DNA from: an uncultured Gammaproteobacteria bacterium
Lineage (GTDB): Bacteria; Patescibacteriota; Microgenomatia; UBA8517
NCBI GenBank assembly: GCA_964600575.1
Contig: CAZRJH010000004.1
Coordinates: 70,711 to 134,710, forward strand
Direction of reading: 5' to 3'
Length of the DNA: 64,000 bases
In this document: in pieces, positions 9,978 to 19,356 of the stretch
How the letters are laid out: every line of letters starts with the position of its first letter
How positions within the stretch are numbered: position 1 is the first letter of the stretch
Notes under the pieces: generated by a model
What the model saw: the letters and a program-made list of their open reading frames with translations, nothing else
The model's database searches: none
Told to the model about the DNA's origin: nothing
Made by a program: the position numbers and the translations under genes

Positions 9978-11116
9978 AATTTCGATATATTGTTGCTCTC
10001 GTAGTGTTGTTTGTTTTGGCCCTCTCAGCTCTGATATCTAAAGGAAACGGAAATTTGGACAAACAAGTAGGTGAATGTGTGATTTTGCAAGGGAGTTCAA
10101 AAAATAACTGTGTTTTGGATCTGGTCAAAAATTTTACCGAAAAAGGAAAAATAAGCGAGTCGCTTTCATTTCTTAGAGCATACTCTTTAAGAGATTCTGA
10201 ATACTACGGAACTGATTGTCACGGGGCCGCGCATTTTATAGGTGATGCGGCCTACGGTTTATACAAGACTGGTAAATACACCGATTTCGGCAAAGACAGC
10301 AATGTATGTTCTTATGGCTTTTATCACGCTTTCACAAGCTCTTTTGTTGTTAGTGGAGATTTTACTAAAGTCGGAGATTTTTGCTTGGGTCTTGAGACAA
10401 AGAGCGATCAATCCGCGGTTGGATGTTATCACGGGATAGGGCATGGAGCTATATACGATTTTTTTGAAACTTATAAAATTAGAGACCCGCAAACAATCAT
10501 TAATAAAAGTGTCGCGTTGTGTCAAAAAATAATGCTAAACGAAAACGGGACGAGAGAATGTATTACAGGGGTTTACGACGGCATTGGAGATGAAGTTTTG
10601 GACCCTTCTTACACAAATCTGACTCCTACGATTATTTATTCTTACTGTAAAAATCAACCCGAGAAATACAAACCCAGTTGCTACGAAAACATATCGCATT
10701 TGGTTTTCCGTAAAACTCGGCTTGGATTCGAAAACTTGGTGAATTATGCAACAACAAAGATTGAGCCAGATTACAGAGAAAGTGCGGTTAAGGGTCTTGC
10801 AACGATTTATGTAGTTGATTTAAAGGGTGGGAACATTGAAGAAGGAGTCGGGATTTGTCTAAAGCTCGCCCCAAATATCTTGAGAGCTTGTATTAAAAAC
10901 ATGACTTACAAAATTGCTGCGGATATCGAAGACGGTTCTCAATACGAAGCGGTCAAAAATTTTTGTTACAAGGCGGTGTTTGCAGGGTCAAATAGAGATG
11001 TTTGTATAAATTCGGCTGTTGAAATATTAAGTGATTATTTTGACCCTGAAGAGTTGAAGGTGAGATGCTCAAAAGATACCGGAGAAGTGCCTAATTTGTG
11101 TAAGTTTGTTGAATAA
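9974..11116 (+). CDS. Membrane-anchored Cys/His-rich protein (array paralog)
   Basis: ATGA overlap gives start 9974 (MKFRYIVALVV); CHGAAH, CSYGFYHA, CYHGIGHG, CITGVYD. Confidence 0.85.
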   Translation: MKFRYIVALVVLFVLALSALISKGNGNLDKQVGECVILQGSSKNNCVLDLVKNFTEKGKISESLSFLRAYSLRDSEYYGTDCHGAAHFIGDAAYGLYKTGKYTDFGKDSNVCSYGFYHAFTSSFVVSGDFTKVGDFCLGLETKSDQSAVGCYHGIGHGAIYDFFETYKIRDPQTIINKSVALCQKIMLNENGTRECITGVYDGIGDEVLDPSYTNLTPTIIYSYCKNQPEKYKPSCYENISHLVFRKTRLGFENLVNYATTKIEPDYRESAVKGLATIYVVDLKGGNIEEGVGICLKLAPNILRACIKNMTYKIAADIEDGSQYEAVKNFCYKAVFAGSNRDVCINSAVEILSDYFDPEELKVRCSKDTGEVPNLCKFVE

Positions 11117-12115
11117 ATGAAATATAAAATGTTGTGGTTATTGATTAGTTTGGTAATTACCGTATTGGTTTTTTTGTTTTTTGGTAAGTTACTTTATAAA
11201 CCAATTCCTATTGGAAGTAATGTTATCGAAAATCAAAAACAACTTAAAAAAATAATTGATTCAAAAGGTATAAACGCCGCCTACAAATTTTTTAAAAACA
11301 ATTTTGTTAGGTATGACTCCGTTTCGAAACACTATGTGGGTCATTTCCTTGGACAGGAGGCATATAGAGTTTTGGGTGATGAAGGGTTGGAAATATGCGA
11401 CTTTGGTTTGGATTATGGTTGTATTCATGGGTTTGTAATCGCCGGAATCTCGGAAAAAGGTAATACATATGTAACTACGGCAATGAATCGGTGTTCGGGT
11501 TTTGAACCTGATGATGTTAGACGCGGAAGTTGTGTTCATGGAGTTAGTCATACTTTACTTTTTCTCAAAGGTTATAAAGATGCTGATTTAATTTGGGCTT
11601 TGTCCAAATGCGACGATATGTTGTCAGGCGATGAATATGTTGGGCCAAGAGGTTGCTACGAGGCTGTGTTTATGGAATACAACTTAAGAAATCTTGATGG
11701 ACGGTACACAGGAAAATGGTTTGAAACAAGACCTTTTGATTATAACAATCCGCTTGCACCGTGTGACCGCCTCGAACCCAAATACAGAGGATCCTGTTAT
11801 TCAGAACTGGGTTCAATGTGGTCTAACAATATCGGTACAGATTTTGACAAAATGGCCACTTTTTGTAGCCTTATAAAAAGCAAAGAAGACGGAAGATCCT
11901 GCTTCTGGGGAATTGGAAGGTCGATGGCGGATGATTACAATTTTGATTACCGTAAGGTTGTAGATACCTGCGAGCGAGTATCCGGGGATTATTACGCTTC
12001 CTGCATTACCGGCGCTGTGGTTGTCTTAAGCAACAACGGGGTAAGCGCTTCGGTTGAAATATGTGAGACTTTAGAAGATGATGAGATTCTGAGTTGTAAA
12101 AGTCTTTTTAAATAA
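11117..12115 (+). CDS. Membrane-anchored Cys/His-rich protein (array paralog)
   Basis: TM; KHYVGH, GCIHG, CVHGVSH, CYEAVFME. Confidence 0.85.
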   Translation: MKYKMLWLLISLVITVLVFLFFGKLLYKPIPIGSNVIENQKQLKKIIDSKGINAAYKFFKNNFVRYDSVSKHYVGHFLGQEAYRVLGDEGLEICDFGLDYGCIHGFVIAGISEKGNTYVTTAMNRCSGFEPDDVRRGSCVHGVSHTLLFLKGYKDADLIWALSKCDDMLSGDEYVGPRGCYEAVFMEYNLRNLDGRYTGKWFETRPFDYNNPLAPCDRLEPKYRGSCYSELGSMWSNNIGTDFDKMATFCSLIKSKEDGRSCFWGIGRSMADDYNFDYRKVVDTCERVSGDYYASCITGAVVVLSNNGVSASVEICETLEDDEILSCKSLFK

Positions 12116-13842
12116 TGCCACTTCAATCTAAGTTTTCCGCTAGAAACATTCTTATATTTTTAGTACCTGTGTTTTTGTGTTTCCTATTTTTAATACCGAT
12201 ACTATTTTCGTCAGGAAAAACGGGAGTTATAGATTGGGATCAGAATATGGCCTGGAATGAATTTAATAGAGTCTCCTTATTAAAATATAAACAAATACCG
12301 TTTTGGAATCCGTATAGATGCGGAGGTATCCCTCATTTTGCCGATCCCCAAATAGGTTTAATATCAATCCAAACACCGCTGGTGTTAATATTTGGGACCC
12401 AAACAGGTTTAAAAATAAGTATATTTGTTCATTTGATTTTGGGGTTTTGGGGGGCTTACTTGCTGTTTAAAAAACGTGGGATTTCTGATATTTCTTCTTT
12501 TTATATTTCCATGCTTTTTGCGTTTAACGGTATAACCGCCTCCTTTTTGTGGGCGGGTATGTTGGTCTTTTTAAACTTTGCCTATATACCTTTTGTTTTG
12601 TATTTTATCGATAAAAAAGATATTAAAAGCCTAATTAAGGCAGGGGTAATTTTTGCCCTGTCATTTTATTATGACTACCACATCCCTTTACTTTTTTCTC
12701 CATACATAGTTTTCCAGGTGGTGCGACTATTTTATCCCTACGGAATTTTGAACATTGTTAAGAAGTTGGCTCTGTTTGTATTTGTATTTATTTTGTTTTC
12801 GTTCCCTAAACTTATACTTTCCCTGGAGTTGTATTCCAACTTTCGTAGAGTTGTCGAAAATCCTTACGGTTATCGGATTGGCAACTTGATACATAATTTA
12901 ATATCTCCAAGCCAGCCTTTGTATGAATTAAATAACGGCGGCGGGCTGGTTGGGGCAGATGAAAAATCAATATATCTTGGAATAATTCCGCTATTATTTA
13001 TTCTGTTTTTGCCTTTGCTTAAAAGAGGTCCAAAAAAGTATATTGTCCTAATTTTATTAGAACTCATTGTCTTTGTTTGGATTTCTATGGGTTCCAAGAT
13101 AAATCCATCTCTTTATGAAATCTTAAAAATTGTTCCGTTTTACGAATCTTTGAATATGGCAGAAAGATTCCGATTTGTGTTTATGATCCCTCTTTTGATG
13201 TTAATTGGTTTTGGGTTTAGTAGTTTCCTGGGTGGGTTTAAGGGGATTCTAAAGCCGCTTATGGCGGGACTCATTATAGCATCCACGTTCATAGATATTG
13301 TTATTTTTTCAAGAAACAATTTTTTAAACAATTCGCTTGTAATATCTCAAAAAAATGTTGGATATTCGGGAGGGCCTTATCGCCAAATCTTTTCGGAAAA
13401 TGATGATTATAAATACTTTAAATACTCACAAAGTTGGTTAGAACACAATTCCGACGCAGTTCAATTTTTGAAACCATGGTCTTATGAATATGAATATCTC
13501 AAAAGTGAGATTGGGGTAATCGACTGTTACTCTCCTTTTGGTGGCACAGAGTCTGTTAAGGGTGCTAATCAGAACGGGTACAAAGGGGAGTGGTATTTGG
13601 AAAAAAACAAAGGAACGATCAAGTTATTGTTTTGGTCTCCAAATAGGGTATTGATTAAGGTTGATATGCCCAAAAAAGAAAACGATGTATTAATTTTGAA
13701 TCAGAGTTATTTTAAAGGCTGGAAAATATTGGTAAACGGGAATAAGGTGACGCCTGAGAGTACATCAGGACTTATCTCTGTCAAGATCAACGAAAATTCC
13801 CATGTCGTTGATTTTGTTTATAACCCGTTTCTTTTTCGTTAG
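12115..13842 (+). CDS. YfhO-like polytopic membrane protein (GT-C fold glycosyltransferase-like)
   Basis: PFWNPYRCGGIPHFADPQ near the N-terminus, many TM helices, and a C-terminal LILNQSYFKGWKILVNG typical of YfhO-family proteins. Confidence 0.7.
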   Translation: MPLQSKFSARNILIFLVPVFLCFLFLIPILFSSGKTGVIDWDQNMAWNEFNRVSLLKYKQIPFWNPYRCGGIPHFADPQIGLISIQTPLVLIFGTQTGLKISIFVHLILGFWGAYLLFKKRGISDISSFYISMLFAFNGITASFLWAGMLVFLNFAYIPFVLYFIDKKDIKSLIKAGVIFALSFYYDYHIPLLFSPYIVFQVVRLFYPYGILNIVKKLALFVFVFILFSFPKLILSLELYSNFRRVVENPYGYRIGNLIHNLISPSQPLYELNNGGGLVGADEKSIYLGIIPLLFILFLPLLKRGPKKYIVLILLELIVFVWISMGSKINPSLYEILKIVPFYESLNMAERFRFVFMIPLLMLIGFGFSSFLGGFKGILKPLMAGLIIASTFIDIVIFSRNNFLNNSLVISQKNVGYSGGPYRQIFSENDDYKYFKYSQSWLEHNSDAVQFLKPWSYEYEYLKSEIGVIDCYSPFGGTESVKGANQNGYKGEWYLEKNKGTIKLLFWSPNRVLIKVDMPKKENDVLILNQSYFKGWKILVNGNKVTPESTSGLISVKINENSHVVDFVYNPFLFR

Positions 13843-13848
13843 TTTTTG

Positions 13849-13877
13849 TTGCTAAGACTACTTAAAATATCTATTAT
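13849..13877 (+). promoter_or_regulatory. Possible sigma70 promoter
   Basis: TTGCTA-N17-TATTAT ending 8 nt before ATG 13886. Confidence 0.35.
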
Positions 13878-13885
13878 GATAATGT

Positions 13886-14482
13886 ATGGAAAACGGCACA
13901 GGGGGAGTTCCTGTTATTCCCACAGATCAACCCAATCAGACTATACCTGAAGGCAATATTCCTGAAGTAAAAACTATAGAGACAGATACAGGTCAGTTTC
14001 AGGAGGAGCAAACTCCGTTTTATAAAGAGTTTAGTTTTTGGATTTTGATTTTGCTGGTTTTTTTCTTTGTCGGAATAATACTTTTTTGGGCGCTGCCTTT
14101 ATTTAAACCGCCATTTAAGGCAAGCGTAGTCATGGAGGGGGGTCAAGTTAGACTGAAGGTAGAAAACTTGAGTGTAACAAAGATAGGGTATATAGTAGTC
14201 CGTAGAGTCGTTAACGGATTGCCTGATGCCTTGGTAGAAGTAAGTACTCAAATTTTGCCGGATGATTATGAGCTTTTTTTTGTACCGCTCTCCTTTGGTC
14301 CAGATACGACACCCGAAAAATACTACCAGGATCTTGTGGGTTCGGAACTTAGGATAGACTATTTTACGGATTTGAATAGCGATAACATGTATACCAAAGA
14401 GATCGACACAGAAATTCTGAAGGACGCCGGCGGAGGCAAAAGGAGCGTCAACTTGATTAACGGAACATCCGAACAAAAATGA
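13886..14482 (+). CDS. Single-TM protein with small extracellular beta domain (DUF7282-like)
   Basis: Acidic disordered N-terminus, one TM, then GYIVVR...G.P...FTDLNSDNMY...D pattern recalled from DUF7282-type domains. Confidence 0.55.
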   Translation: MENGTGGVPVIPTDQPNQTIPEGNIPEVKTIETDTGQFQEEQTPFYKEFSFWILILLVFFFVGIILFWALPLFKPPFKASVVMEGGQVRLKVENLSVTKIGYIVVRRVVNGLPDALVEVSTQILPDDYELFFVPLSFGPDTTPEKYYQDLVGSELRIDYFTDLNSDNMYTKEIDTEILKDAGGGKRSVNLINGTSEQK

Positions 14483-15012
14483 GACACTTATATTTTACCC
14501 TGAGATTGTTAGTCTTTGTTTCAGTTTTCATTTTTTGTTTTTCATCTGCAGATGGTGTGTTTGCTCACGGTACTGCACAGAGCTTTCCAAAAGATATCGG
14601 CCAGTACACGGTGGAGCTTGAGTATGACGCACTTGGCATTTTTGATGACACCACGGAGCCTTTGGTTTTTAGGCTATTAGACCAAAAGTCAAAAGAACCC
14701 GTAAAATTTAGTGCTCTTTTGGTTAGACTTGAAAGAAAGGATGACAAATCTACCACTTTTGTGGTAAGACTTTCCCCGGATGACTTCCTAGACGGTGTAG
14801 GAAGGATGACTGCCATGCTAAATAGAGGTGATTATCTAATTACTTTGATCTTTTACGGTGGGGAGAATCGACTGGTCGAGGCGGAGTACGATTTAACTGT
14901 GCAAAAGGGATCGGCTAGCGACTTTCCAGTAATTCCTGTTGTATCAGGTGTTTTGGGTGCTGTTGCCGGTTTTGTAGTAGGGAGGCTAAAAAAGACCTCT
15001 CATGAAAAATAA
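14479..15012 (+). CDS. Exported protein with predicted mature N-terminal His and C-terminal TM anchor
   Basis: Signal peptide ending VFA|HG (His codon at 14566); beta-rich body; C-terminal hydrophobic helix followed by RLKK. Confidence 0.75.
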   Translation: MRHLYFTLRLLVFVSVFIFCFSSADGVFAHGTAQSFPKDIGQYTVELEYDALGIFDDTTEPLVFRLLDQKSKEPVKFSALLVRLERKDDKSTTFVVRLSPDDFLDGVGRMTAMLNRGDYLITLIFYGGENRLVEAEYDLTVQKGSASDFPVIPVVSGVLGAVAGFVVGRLKKTSHEK

Positions 15013-16588
15013 AGTTACAATTGCTTCATTGGTTTTTATACTTCTAGTTGGTTTGTTTCTAAGATTATTCAACTTATCTGGGAGGTTTATATTCGGAGTC
15101 GATCAGGCGGAAGATATGTATAAGTTCGAAGAAATAGCAGTAAACATTTTATCCGGTAACTTTAACAGACTTCCGCTTGTGGGTGAGCCGGGGACATATT
15201 TTGGCGATAAAATAGCCTTGAATGACAATTACCCTGTTTACTCGGGTGTGATGTTTTTGTATTTTATAACACCTTTTGCTTTATTATCACAATTTGATCC
15301 GCAAATACTGATATATTCCTTTGCTCTTTTTAATTTATTTGGAGTGATATTAATTTATTTGGTGACAGAAAAAATATTCGGAAGTAGGGCTGGTATTATT
15401 TCTTCAATTCTTTATTCAGTAAATTTCTATATGTTAGTTTATTCAAGGGCAATCTGGACACCGAGCCCGATTCCAATACTTTTCCTTATAACTCTTTATG
15501 TATTAATGCTTGTTTCTATAAACGGAAGATTTAAATTGATTCCTTTGCTTATGTTTTTGGTGGGATTAATTTCACAGTTTCATGATTCGGGTTATATATA
15601 TTCGGCGTTTTTTTTAGTAGTCATTCTGTTTTCTAGAGTTCCCGTCTTTAAAAAAGAATTTTTGTTTAAATCGATATTCTTTGGAACACTACCTTTGGTG
15701 CCAACAATTCTTTATGAGATAAAAACAGGGTTTACTCTAGTTGGTACCATCCTGTCTTCATTGGTTAGTGATCATTCTTCTGTTGGGGGAAACTTTCTTT
15801 ATGAGGGCTTAAAAAAATTCTGGGAGTTTGCTGTTTCTGCAAATTTGCCGTTATATTTCAATAATTATTACAAGCAAATCTTAGGTAACGCATATTTAGC
15901 CTTTATGCTTTTGTTTTCGGCAATAACTTTTGCGTCGTTAATTCTTCCTGTGTTTTTTAATAAAAATAGATTTGTTAAAGTTTTGTTCCTGGTTTTTACA
16001 ATTGTCTTTTTGGGTGTACCGTTGGCGGCAAAAATATATTACAGAGATAACTACTTTGGCCTTTATCCGCTTTTTGGTACAACTTTCTCGGTTCTTGGAG
16101 CAATACCCTTTATGATAATTGCATTTTCGGGTGCGTTGAACTTTTTAGCAGAAAAATTTAAAAAAGTTGGTAGTCTTTTGACTTTGGCAATTCTGGTCTT
16201 CTTGGTAGTTACACAGATCAAGATGTCTTGGGGCAATGTGATAAATAACGGAGACAAAAAATACGATTATGGAGATAAATTTGCTATAGCAAATGCTTTG
16301 GGAACCGAAGTAAAAGGAACAGGATATGCTTTAGAGTATGCGGACGACCAAAGTTATGCCGAAGGTTATGAATTTTTTTATATTTTAGAAAAAGCTAAAG
16401 CACCACCTCCATACAGCTATAACGGAAAGACGAGTAAGGCTACCTTATTCCATAAATATGAATTTGGTAACAAAAACCCTGAAGCTGTTTTTGCAATAGC
16501 GGGTAAGAATAATTGGGGCCAATTTAATGTCCCTGGTTGGAATCAGGTTCATGAGTCGGGCCACTTTAGATTGTACAGGAAGTTGTGA
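15002..16588 (+). CDS. ArnT/PMT-like GT-C glycosyltransferase
   Basis: GLFLRLFNL...DQAED, IYLVTEKIFGSRAGIISSILYS...YSRAIWTP, SQFH; polytopic. Confidence 0.8.
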   Translation: MKNKVTIASLVFILLVGLFLRLFNLSGRFIFGVDQAEDMYKFEEIAVNILSGNFNRLPLVGEPGTYFGDKIALNDNYPVYSGVMFLYFITPFALLSQFDPQILIYSFALFNLFGVILIYLVTEKIFGSRAGIISSILYSVNFYMLVYSRAIWTPSPIPILFLITLYVLMLVSINGRFKLIPLLMFLVGLISQFHDSGYIYSAFFLVVILFSRVPVFKKEFLFKSIFFGTLPLVPTILYEIKTGFTLVGTILSSLVSDHSSVGGNFLYEGLKKFWEFAVSANLPLYFNNYYKQILGNAYLAFMLLFSAITFASLILPVFFNKNRFVKVLFLVFTIVFLGVPLAAKIYYRDNYFGLYPLFGTTFSVLGAIPFMIIAFSGALNFLAEKFKKVGSLLTLAILVFLVVTQIKMSWGNVINNGDKKYDYGDKFAIANALGTEVKGTGYALEYADDQSYAEGYEFFYILEKAKAPPPYSYNGKTSKATLFHKYEFGNKNPEAVFAIAGKNNWGQFNVPGWNQVHESGHFRLYRKL

Positions 16589-16633
16589 CTTGACAGTGTT
16601 ATTTAGCTGGTGTTGAATAAACTAGATTAGAGC

Positions 16634-17020
16634 ATGAACAAAAAAACTTTCTTGGTGGCATTGGTAGTAATTGTTTTTTTTGTCGGTTACTTCATTTATA
16701 AAAATTATTTTTCGACACCACAAAGCAGATTTGTAAATCTGAGCGCAGAAAATGTCGTTAAAATGGGTGAAGATTCATACGCACCCGTTGATTTCGAAGT
16801 TAAAAAAGGAACAAAAGTCAGATTTGTTAACGAATCGGGCACCTTAAGGTGGCCCGCAAGTGACTTACATCCTTCTCATTTGATATATCCGGAATTTGAT
16901 TCCAAAGAACCTGTTAAAAACGGTGATTCTTGGGAGTTTGAGTTCGACAAAGCAGGCGAATGGAGTTATCATGATCACCTGGCCCCATATATAACAGGTA
17001 CAATCAAAGTATCGGAATGA
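16634..17020 (+). CDS. Standalone membrane-anchored cupredoxin-like protein with all-His site
   Basis: TM; YAPVDFEVKKGTKVRFVN...WPASDLHPSH...FDKAGEWSYHDHL...GTIKV. A TTGACA at 16590 suggests its own promoter. Confidence 0.85.
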   Translation: MNKKTFLVALVVIVFFVGYFIYKNYFSTPQSRFVNLSAENVVKMGEDSYAPVDFEVKKGTKVRFVNESGTLRWPASDLHPSHLIYPEFDSKEPVKNGDSWEFEFDKAGEWSYHDHLAPYITGTIKVSE

Positions 17021-18195
17021 AATCAAACCCAGCGTTTATTTTGAGATTCTTGGTACTTTCGTTTTTGGCAATATTCATTATTTTTTTTCCTTTGAGAAGT
17101 TTGATTGGGGGAGAGTTTGTAAGAATGCGGTATTCAAAATGTTCTAGTCTCACTCAATCCAAAGATAAAACAATCTGCCAAAGAAAATCAATTAAAAGCG
17201 CTGTCTATATAGGGAATGTTTCTGTTGCGGTGCAACTTTTCCAAAAATCAATTCGCAACAACGATGAGGACTGTCACTCGCTAGGGCATCAAGTTGGCAG
17301 AGACTTCTATGAAATTTTTAGAAGATACGGGTTTGTAAGAATAAACGCTCCATTATCCGAATGCGGATATGGTTTCTGGCATGGTCTAATGACAGGGTTT
17401 GGAGAAGATTCCGTGTCTGGCCTTGTCGATATTGATCTCAAAAAAGTTTGCCCTACCATATTGGGCAAACGATCAAACATTTATGATGTTTGTTACCATG
17501 GTTTTGGTATCGGTTTCGTAGGTGATCCTCCCAAAATTGAGTATTGGGGCAACCCCCAACCCTTAATTCAAAATGCCAGCGAGAAATGTTTTGAAGTTAC
17601 ACAAAATCCGCTATACCTCGAACAATGTTATTCGGGAGTGTTTCATCAAACTATTGGCTATATGCAGAACAATGAATATAAATTTTCTTTTCCTGATCAA
17701 AATGAATTATCTGGTTTTTGCGGTAAGTTTGGTGCAGACAAGATTAAGCCATGCATAGAACAATTGGGGCCCGTGATGACGGTTGTTCTTTCGCAAGATG
17801 TTCCCAAAATTGTGGCTTATATAAAAAGCAAATTTGGATGGTTGGACACAGAGACAAAGCTTCGTCTTTTGCAAACAGTAGTGGGTGGAGCAGTCCATTT
17901 AAATAACGACGACGACACAAAAAAAGCAATGGTTTATTGTTTTGGTTTAGAAGAAAACGAGGTGAAAAGTTGCCTTGTCGGCGTTTTTGGAGGTGTAAAA
18001 ACCAAAACCAGAGACGGTGATGTTGCAGCCTTAGATTATTTAATTGATCTTTGTAATCAAAAAGAAATTTCAGAGGATAATCAAAAAAAATGTACCGATT
18101 TTTTGGTGAGCTCGGTAAAAGACCCGATACTACATGCGGAAGTTTCTAAAGCATGCGGTTCGAAAAAAGCACTAAAAGTTTGTAACTTACTGTGA
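17017..18195 (+). CDS. Membrane-anchored Cys/His-rich protein (array paralog)
   Basis: ATGA-coupled to the cupredoxin gene; CHSLGH, CGYGFWHG, CYHGFGI, CYSGVFH. Confidence 0.85.
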   Translation: MKSNPAFILRFLVLSFLAIFIIFFPLRSLIGGEFVRMRYSKCSSLTQSKDKTICQRKSIKSAVYIGNVSVAVQLFQKSIRNNDEDCHSLGHQVGRDFYEIFRRYGFVRINAPLSECGYGFWHGLMTGFGEDSVSGLVDIDLKKVCPTILGKRSNIYDVCYHGFGIGFVGDPPKIEYWGNPQPLIQNASEKCFEVTQNPLYLEQCYSGVFHQTIGYMQNNEYKFSFPDQNELSGFCGKFGADKIKPCIEQLGPVMTVVLSQDVPKIVAYIKSKFGWLDTETKLRLLQTVVGGAVHLNNDDDTKKAMVYCFGLEENEVKSCLVGVFGGVKTKTRDGDVAALDYLIDLCNQKEISEDNQKKCTDFLVSSVKDPILHAEVSKACGSKKALKVCNLL

Positions 18196-19356
18196 GTTTA
18201 CAAAATTCTTAATCTCTAAAGAGACCTTCGCAACATCCTTCTCATTCATGCTTTCATAAACAGGTAATGCAATACTATCTTTAATTGCCTTTGCTACTTG
18301 GGAATTTTTGGACCCTGTAAGGTTGTCTGCGATTTCATCCGCAAGGGCAATGTCGATTCCTTTTTTGGCAAGATATCGCCTTAATAAAAAGATATCAAAT
18401 TTGCAGTGAGCCAATATCATATAAAAAGAAGGGCTGTTTCCTCTTTGGATTTTTTGGAAAGTGACTATATTTTTAAGGTTTTGTACATATAGACCATGGA
18501 TTCTTCGGCGTTTTTCCAGTCTTTTTATAAAAGTAGGAATATTCATCCTGACAACCCGTGCATAAACTGAGGGTAAGCTGTAAAAGATCTTATCGTCTTC
18601 GCCTTGTCGGTAAGCCTTTACAAACATTCTTTGCCACTTTTTGTATCCAAATATATACATCATTAAATACCACATCGGAGTTTGAATTAGAAAATAACCC
18701 ACAAGCGCTTTCGTTATTTCGGAAAGGGTGGAAAGACTTGAGCCGTTGTTTCCTGTTGCCCTTGTCTTGATAAGCTTAATAATTTTTGTATTCCTGCCGA
18801 ATACAACGCCGCCCCTAATTCCTTGTAGCGGTTTAGAAATATCAAAACTGGAAAAGGCAATGTCTCCAAAGGTGCCGATCAACTTTCCGTTTAAAGTTGA
18901 ACCCAGTGCCTGTGCGCAGTCTTCTATTAGTAATATTTTTTTCGAACTGGCCGCCTTCTTAATCTTTTGAATATCGCAGGCAACTCCAAATAAATGTGTT
19001 GCTAGTATTGCTCCCGTGTTTTTATTGATTGCCTTACTAAGACTTTTGATATCGATTTCGTAGGTGTTGTAATCTATATCAACCGGTCGAGGAATATAAC
19101 CGGCAAGTTTTATAATCTTAGTGAGTGTTCCAAATGTATAGGCGGGTATTATCACCTCTTTACCTTTTGCTATTCCTGAGGATTCCAAAATTAGTTTCAA
19201 ACCCGACCTCCCTTGGCCAACCACTACGGGGTTGGGGAGTTTGAGATATAGTCTTAGGTCTCTCGTTAGCCTTTCCAACTCGTCATGTTTGACCGTTAAA
19301 TCAATTATTTTGTCTAAAGTTTTCGGGTGAAAGTAAGGTTTTCTTCTGGGAATCAT
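18187..19356 (-). CDS. DegT/DnrJ/EryC1/StrS-family PLP-dependent sugar aminotransferase
   Basis: EVIIPAYTF, ATHLFG, IEDCAQALG, SFDISKP (catalytic Lys). Start 19356 inferred from the ATGA overlap with the upstream gene. Confidence 0.85.
   Translation of the reverse strand: MIPRRKPYFHPKTLDKIIDLTVKHDELERLTRDLRLYLKLPNPVVVGQGRSGLKLILESSGIAKGKEVIIPAYTFGTLTKIIKLAGYIPRPVDIDYNTYEIDIKSLSKAINKNTGAILATHLFGVACDIQKIKKAASSKKILLIEDCAQALGSTLNGKLIGTFGDIAFSSFDISKPLQGIRGGVVFGRNTKIIKLIKTRATGNNGSSLSTLSEITKALVGYFLIQTPMWYLMMYIFGYKKWQRMFVKAYRQGEDDKIFYSLPSVYARVVRMNIPTFIKRLEKRRRIHGLYVQNLKNIVTFQKIQRGNSPSFYMILAHCKFDIFLLRRYLAKKGIDIALADEIADNLTGSKNSQVAKAIKDSIALPVYESMNEKDVAKVSLEIKNFVNSQ

Noticed and set aside
236-18195. Multiheme c-type cytochromes
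   Set aside because: The CH dipeptides lack the upstream Cys of CxxCH (SQGCH, YLYCH, QRECH, AANCH). The recurring pattern is CHxxxH.
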